Origin: Candidatus Melainabacteria bacterium 17Bon1m
GTDB lineage: Bacteria > Cyanobacteriota > Vampirovibrionia > Obscuribacterales > Obscuribacteraceae
DNA length: 64,000 nucleotides
Assembly: GCA_032128875.1 (NCBI GenBank)
Contig: JAVLKG010000002.1
Coordinates: 288,001-352,000 of the forward strand
Direction: 5' to 3'
The translations under genes were made by a program, and so were the position numbers. Position 1 is the stretch's first letter, and the number at the start of each line of letters is the position of its first letter. The notes beneath the pieces are model-generated. The model saw nothing but the letters and a program-made list of their open reading frames with translations, was not told the DNA's origin and made no database searches. Below are positions 59,713 to 64,000 of this stretch, piece after piece.

Positions 59713-60693
59713 ATGGCAGAGGGAATTCTAGTTTTCATCGAACAGCGCAATGGACAAATTCGCAAAGCGAGTTTGGAAGCGCTTTCTGAAGCATATCGCC
59801 AAATATCCACGGTAGGCGGCAACGTCACCGCGCTTATCGTCGGCAAAGATGTAAAAACATTGGCAGGCAATCTGCCGAAGTATCATCCGCATAAAGTCCT
59901 CGTGGCTGACAGTGCCGACCTCGAAAATTACTCGACCGAAGGTTATGCAGCCGCTCTGGTTGAAGGCATCAAAAGCGTTTCGCCGAAGTACGTATTTGCG
60001 GCCAACACCAACATGGCCAAAGATTTGATACCACGCGTAGCGGCACGCCAAGATGCACCATGTGTATCCGACGTTACCGAGTTCGAGATCGAAGGCAATA
60101 ACTTGCAGCCCAAGCGCCCTCAATACTCTGGCAAAGCATACACAGTGTATGAGTTCAACTCAGACTTGGCTTTCATGACTTTGAGACCGAACGTTTTTGC
60201 TGTTCAAGAAAGCAGCAACAACGTCAACTGCCCAATCGAAGATCTCGCAGTAAGCGTCGGCGACGTAAGAGCCAAAGTCACTGAAACCCACGCTTCAGCT
60301 GGCAACAAAATTGAACTCAGCGAAGCTTCAATTGTTGTAGCCGGTGGACGTGGAATCAAAGGACCGGAAAATTGGCCTGTTCTGCAAAATCTCTGCGATT
60401 CGCTCGGAGCCGCTTTGGGTGCATCGAGAGCTGTTGTTGACGCTGGTTGGATCGACCACCAGCATCAAGTCGGACAAACCGGTAAGACGGTCAGCCCGCA
60501 GCTCTACATCGCTTGCGGAATCTCAGGTGCCATTCAGCACTTGGCCGGAATGAATTCTTCGAAAGTAATTGTTGCCATCAACAACAATCCGGACGCTGAA
60601 ATCTTCAAGCATGCCACTTATGGCATTGTCGGAGATTGCCTCGAAGTCGTTCCGAAACTGACCGAAGAAATCAAAAAACTGAACGCTAACTAA
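59713..60693 (+). CDS. etfA: Electron transfer flavoprotein alpha subunit
   Basis: VVAGGRG, GASRAVVDAGW, QVGQTGKTV, YIACGISGAIQHLAGM. Confidence 0.96.
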   Translation: MAEGILVFIEQRNGQIRKASLEALSEAYRQISTVGGNVTALIVGKDVKTLAGNLPKYHPHKVLVADSADLENYSTEGYAAALVEGIKSVSPKYVFAANTNMAKDLIPRVAARQDAPCVSDVTEFEIEGNNLQPKRPQYSGKAYTVYEFNSDLAFMTLRPNVFAVQESSNNVNCPIEDLAVSVGDVRAKVTETHASAGNKIELSEASIVVAGGRGIKGPENWPVLQNLCDSLGAALGASRAVVDAGWIDHQHQVGQTGKTVSPQLYIACGISGAIQHLAGMNSSKVIVAINNNPDAEIFKHATYGIVGDCLEVVPKLTEEIKKLNAN

Positions 60694-60717
60694 TATCAGC
60701 GCAGGCGTGAATTTTTT

Positions 60718-60750
60718 ATGCCCCTTCCTGTTACAGGAAGGGGCATTTTT
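60718..60750 (+). terminator. Terminator after etfA
   Basis: atgccccttcctg-tta-caggaaggggcatttt. Confidence 0.85.
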
Positions 60751-60906
60751 CTTCTGATCCCAAGATAGAGCACCCGTTTGCCTTTTGCGCTATGAGATCA
60801 ATTACAGGTAGTCAACAGAGTTTGTTGTTATTATGCGCGCGGGACTAAGTGAAAAATTCGTTTTCTGGTTGACAACTATTCAATCAACCGTGGCGCCACC
60901 GATTGC

Positions 60907-62373
60907 ATGATTTTTAGCAGCCTCAATTACTTGTTCTTTCTGCCGATTGTCTTCGCGGCCTATTGGCTCACGTCCGGCACGTTAAGACGAGTTATTCTCT
61001 TGGTTGCCAGCTATGTCTTCTACATGAGCTGGCTGCCTTCTTATGGGCTTTTGCTGTTTTTTCTCACAGCCGCTAACTACCTCTTAGGGCTGGCTATCGA
61101 GAAGCATCGAGATAAGAAGTCACTCCTGCTTTTGTCTATTGCAGTCAACTTGGGCTGTCTTGCTTTCTTCAAATACGCAAACTTCCTTTGTCAGTCGCTA
61201 TTTGAACTCCTAAAGTCCACCCATGGATTTTTCGGTCTGCTGCAAACACCGAGTGCATCGCCACTTCTGGACATCGTTTTGCCATTGGGCATTTCATTCT
61301 TCGCATTTGAGTTCATTCACTACACAGTTGATGTGCGTGCTGGTGGAAAAGCGATCAAGAGTCCGATCGACTTTGCGCTTTTTGCCGCATTTTTTCCGTC
61401 GCAAATCTCAGGTCCCATCAAGCGCTATCAGCAGTTTGACGAACAACTGAATGCTCCGAAGAAATTGAGTCAGGAAGACCTTCTTGAAGGTCTGGGGATG
61501 ATCTTGCGGGGACTCTTCAAGAAAGTCGCTCTTGCCGATAACCTGGCTGCGATTACCCATGTTGGAGTCAATCAGGTTGCACAACTCGGCACCGTCGATT
61601 CATGGGTTTTGATGTTTGCCTTTCTGCTGCAAGTCTACTTCGACTTCTCAGGCTACACTGACATGGGCATAGGCTCAGCCCGCTTGCTCGGATTTCATTT
61701 GCCCAACAATTTTGACCTTCCCTACATTGCGTCCAAAAATCTGATCGACTTTTGGCAACGCTGGCACATCACTTTGACCACATGGTTGAGAGACTATGTC
61801 CAAACACCGCTCACTGGTTTTCGTGCGTCGCGTTTGCGTTTCAACATCGCCACTTTAGTGACAATGACCATCTGCGGGCTATGGCATGGCGCCGCCTGGC
61901 ACTTTGTTGCATGGGGTTTTGTGCATGGCGTTTTGCTGGTTTTGACACGCGAGTATTTGCAGATTGTGAAAGGCAGTCAAACTCTGAAGAAAATTCACAG
62001 CAAGAAGTGGATGACGCCGGTTGCTTGTATGAGCACGTTTATCACCATACATTTCACGCAGTCGCTTTTTCTGGCTAAAACTACTGCCGACGCGCTGACA
62101 ATCATGAAGAGTATGGTTTACCCTTCGGCATCAACGCTTAATCTTGCCGAATCATTTTGGTGTTCGCCGGCACTGGCCGGTTTGATTTTGTACTCCCTGT
62201 GGGGACTTTCGTTTGTTGAAATTCCCTGGCTGCCCTTGACGAAAATTCGCTTTGTACGGTCATTTTTGACGGCTTCCCCGGCGCGCCAATACGCGCTGTA
62301 TTTCTGCGTATTTGCAGCCGCGATTGCATTTTGTCCTGCGTATCCCAGTCCCTTTATTTACTTCCAGTTCTAG
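60907..62373 (+). CDS. MBOAT family O-acyltransferase (AlgI/PatA/DltB-like)
   Basis: LPLGISFF, FFPSQISGPI, YFDFSGYTD, NFDLPY, FWQRWHITL..WLRDY, GLWHG, PFIYFQF. Confidence 0.93.
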   Translation: MIFSSLNYLFFLPIVFAAYWLTSGTLRRVILLVASYVFYMSWLPSYGLLLFFLTAANYLLGLAIEKHRDKKSLLLLSIAVNLGCLAFFKYANFLCQSLFELLKSTHGFFGLLQTPSASPLLDIVLPLGISFFAFEFIHYTVDVRAGGKAIKSPIDFALFAAFFPSQISGPIKRYQQFDEQLNAPKKLSQEDLLEGLGMILRGLFKKVALADNLAAITHVGVNQVAQLGTVDSWVLMFAFLLQVYFDFSGYTDMGIGSARLLGFHLPNNFDLPYIASKNLIDFWQRWHITLTTWLRDYVQTPLTGFRASRLRFNIATLVTMTICGLWHGAAWHFVAWGFVHGVLLVLTREYLQIVKGSQTLKKIHSKKWMTPVACMSTFITIHFTQSLFLAKTTADALTIMKSMVYPSASTLNLAESFWCSPALAGLILYSLWGLSFVEIPWLPLTKIRFVRSFLTASPARQYALYFCVFAAAIAFCPAYPSPFIYFQF

Positions 62374-62384
62374 GCTTGCCAAAA

Positions 62385-63599
62385 ATGACACAAGCGACAA
62401 TTGAGAAAACTGAAGTACCAAGCTCCGCGCCAGTCGCGAGGGATGAAAGCCGAAAAGGTATTGGAACGGTTGCCTTCAAGAAGTTTCGTGCTTTCGGTGA
62501 ATTTTGCGTGTTTTTGGTCGTCGGCTTGCTAATGCTGGAGCTGATTTTTAAATGCGCTGGCATTTGCGATGAAGAGAATTACCTGGTCGATAAACGCGTA
62601 GGTTGGGTGCCGGTTCCAAATCGAAGTTCTACTTACAGGACTGAAGGCTATTCTCGTTACACGATAAATTCGCTCGGTATGCGTGACAAAGAGCGAACGA
62701 TCGCCAAACCTCCAAACACGTTTCGAATTGCTGTAATGGGTTGTTCTGTCACCGAAGGCAAGGAAGTCTTTGTTGACCAAACATACTGCAGTCTTTTAGA
62801 GAAGCAATTGAATCAACAAGGGCCGGTTAAGTACGAAGTGCTCAATTTCGCAGTTGCTGGCTACAATTTAGGTCAAGAGTACTTACGGTTGAAGCATTTT
62901 GCATTGCAGTTCAAACCGGACCTGGTTGTGTTTACCGTGCGTCCAAACGCCCTTTTGTATATGGGAGGTAAAGCGGAAAGTGGTTTATTCGGCTCTCCTC
63001 CTTTGTTTGCTCTTCAGGCTAATGGCGAGTTGCTTGAAGATCATCATGTCCAAGAGCATTGGCTCAGCACTCGTGAGGGAAAACGAGCACAAAAGACCGT
63101 TTGGCTCAGCACGCACAGTAGGCTGTATAAATTGATTGGTAAATGCGCCTATAACCTTGAGGAGTATCGCAAGAAATTAGGTCGAAAGCCTGTTGCGTTG
63201 AAGAAGGACGCAGATGATAATGCAGAAGTGAAAAAGCGTATGGAAAATGCGCAACTTTATTTGAGTAAAGTTGCAGGCGCTTTGGTCGCAGATGCAAAAG
63301 CCATTTGCGATAAAGAACAAGCCGAATTCATGGTGCTTTATTTGCCATTTGGAAGCAAATATAGATCCCCTTTGGAAGGGACGCTGATTGAAAACTTTTG
63401 CAAGAAGCATAATGTCAAATTCGCCGACTGCAACCCTGATTTCGATCAACTACAACTGACTTCGAGAAAGGAGCTGTATTTGAGAGCTCATCCGTCAAGA
63501 TTCGGTCACGAAAAAATAGCCGAGTATCTCAAGTCATACTTAGAGCGCAATGGTTTATTAAAGACTGGTGTTAGCGCCACTCAAAACGTTTTGCAATGA
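62385..63599 (+). CDS. Membrane-anchored SGNH/GDSL hydrolase-like protein
   Basis: One TM helix, INSLGMRD, RIAVMGCSVTEG, EVLNFAVAGY, HPSRFGH. Confidence 0.8.
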   Translation: MTQATIEKTEVPSSAPVARDESRKGIGTVAFKKFRAFGEFCVFLVVGLLMLELIFKCAGICDEENYLVDKRVGWVPVPNRSSTYRTEGYSRYTINSLGMRDKERTIAKPPNTFRIAVMGCSVTEGKEVFVDQTYCSLLEKQLNQQGPVKYEVLNFAVAGYNLGQEYLRLKHFALQFKPDLVVFTVRPNALLYMGGKAESGLFGSPPLFALQANGELLEDHHVQEHWLSTREGKRAQKTVWLSTHSRLYKLIGKCAYNLEEYRKKLGRKPVALKKDADDNAEVKKRMENAQLYLSKVAGALVADAKAICDKEQAEFMVLYLPFGSKYRSPLEGTLIENFCKKHNVKFADCNPDFDQLQLTSRKELYLRAHPSRFGHEKIAEYLKSYLERNGLLKTGVSATQNVLQ

Positions 63600-63617
63600 A
63601 GAATCCAAAGGTTTCCA

Positions 63618-63890
63618 ATGACTAACACAAAACAAAATTCAACTGATACTCAGGACAAAATCAAGCAATACCTTATTAGCAATAGCCTTGCGGAATTCGA
63701 TGCAGGTGTGACGGAAAATTCAGATCTATTCAAAGAAGGATTTCTCGATTCATTTGGATATATCGAACTGGTCAAGTTTTTGGAGAAATCGTTCGGCATC
63801 CGCTTTACTGACGAAGAGTTAGTGTCCAACAGGCTAAATACGCTGAAAAATATTACAGACATGGTGCAAGGCAAGATCGATGCCCGTTAA
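63618..63890 (+). CDS. Acyl/aminoacyl carrier protein
   Basis: DLFKEGFLDSFG phosphopantetheine Ser motif, LEKSFGI. Confidence 0.88.
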   Translation: MTNTKQNSTDTQDKIKQYLISNSLAEFDAGVTENSDLFKEGFLDSFGYIELVKFLEKSFGIRFTDEELVSNRLNTLKNITDMVQGKIDAR

Positions 63891-64000
63891 AACGGAGAAC
63901 AAGTTGTGTGTGCGTTGCGTACTGCCGGAGAATTTTCCCGGTGTTCGCTTCAACGACGAAGGCGTGTGTATCCATTGCCAGCAGGCGCCGAGCGCAGATG
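63880..64000 (+). CDS. Partial CDS, N terminus typical of N-acetyl-sugar amidotransferase/PP-loop proteins
   Basis: MPVKTENKLCVRCVLPENFPGVRFNDEGVCIHCQ (CxxC..CxxC); overlaps ACP stop; truncated by window end. Confidence 0.6.
   Translation, partial: MPVKTENKLCVRCVLPENFPGVRFNDEGVCIHCQQAPSAD

Overview
A 64 kb stretch of bacterial chromosome at roughly 50% GC (estimated by eye), mostly housekeeping and envelope genes. A clear RpaB orthologue, DUF2993, ABC1 kinase, csaB and Mini-III, with no photosynthesis genes, suggests a non-photosynthetic relative of cyanobacteria (Melainabacteria/Vampirovibrionia, possibly Obscuribacterales); this is inference. Recognisable genes are ruvB, cdsA, tRNA-Ser(GCT), fused ftcd, eno, ahcY, rpaB, two tandem CpaC/RcpA-type secretins, gmhB, mrnC, tagA-like, csaB, glcE/F-like, rnd, gcvPB, rph, gpmI, phoR/phoB/phoU-like, holA, etfB/A and the start of an MBOAT-SGNH-ACP cluster. 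I saw no transposase, integrase, prophage, rRNA or CRISPR array. The most notable signals are: (1) a glutamate dehydrogenase with the Schiff-base Lys replaced by His, a likely pseudo-enzyme, next to ftcd; (2) a protein built from three tandem MshEN-type motif pairs; (3) a ~740 bp non-coding locus bounded by two hairpins, with 11-bp periodic AGATC repeats, repeated operator-like palindromes and a possible sRNA; (4) duplicated secretins with divergent barrel insertions but near-identical C-tails; (5) several degenerate signalling proteins, including a sensor-less PhoR-like kinase lacking the phosphatase Thr; (6) a REP-like palindromic mosaic; (7) a possible internal start in an AraC-GyrI gene that lies between two paralogues. 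All calls come from motif recognition by eye; no database searches were run.
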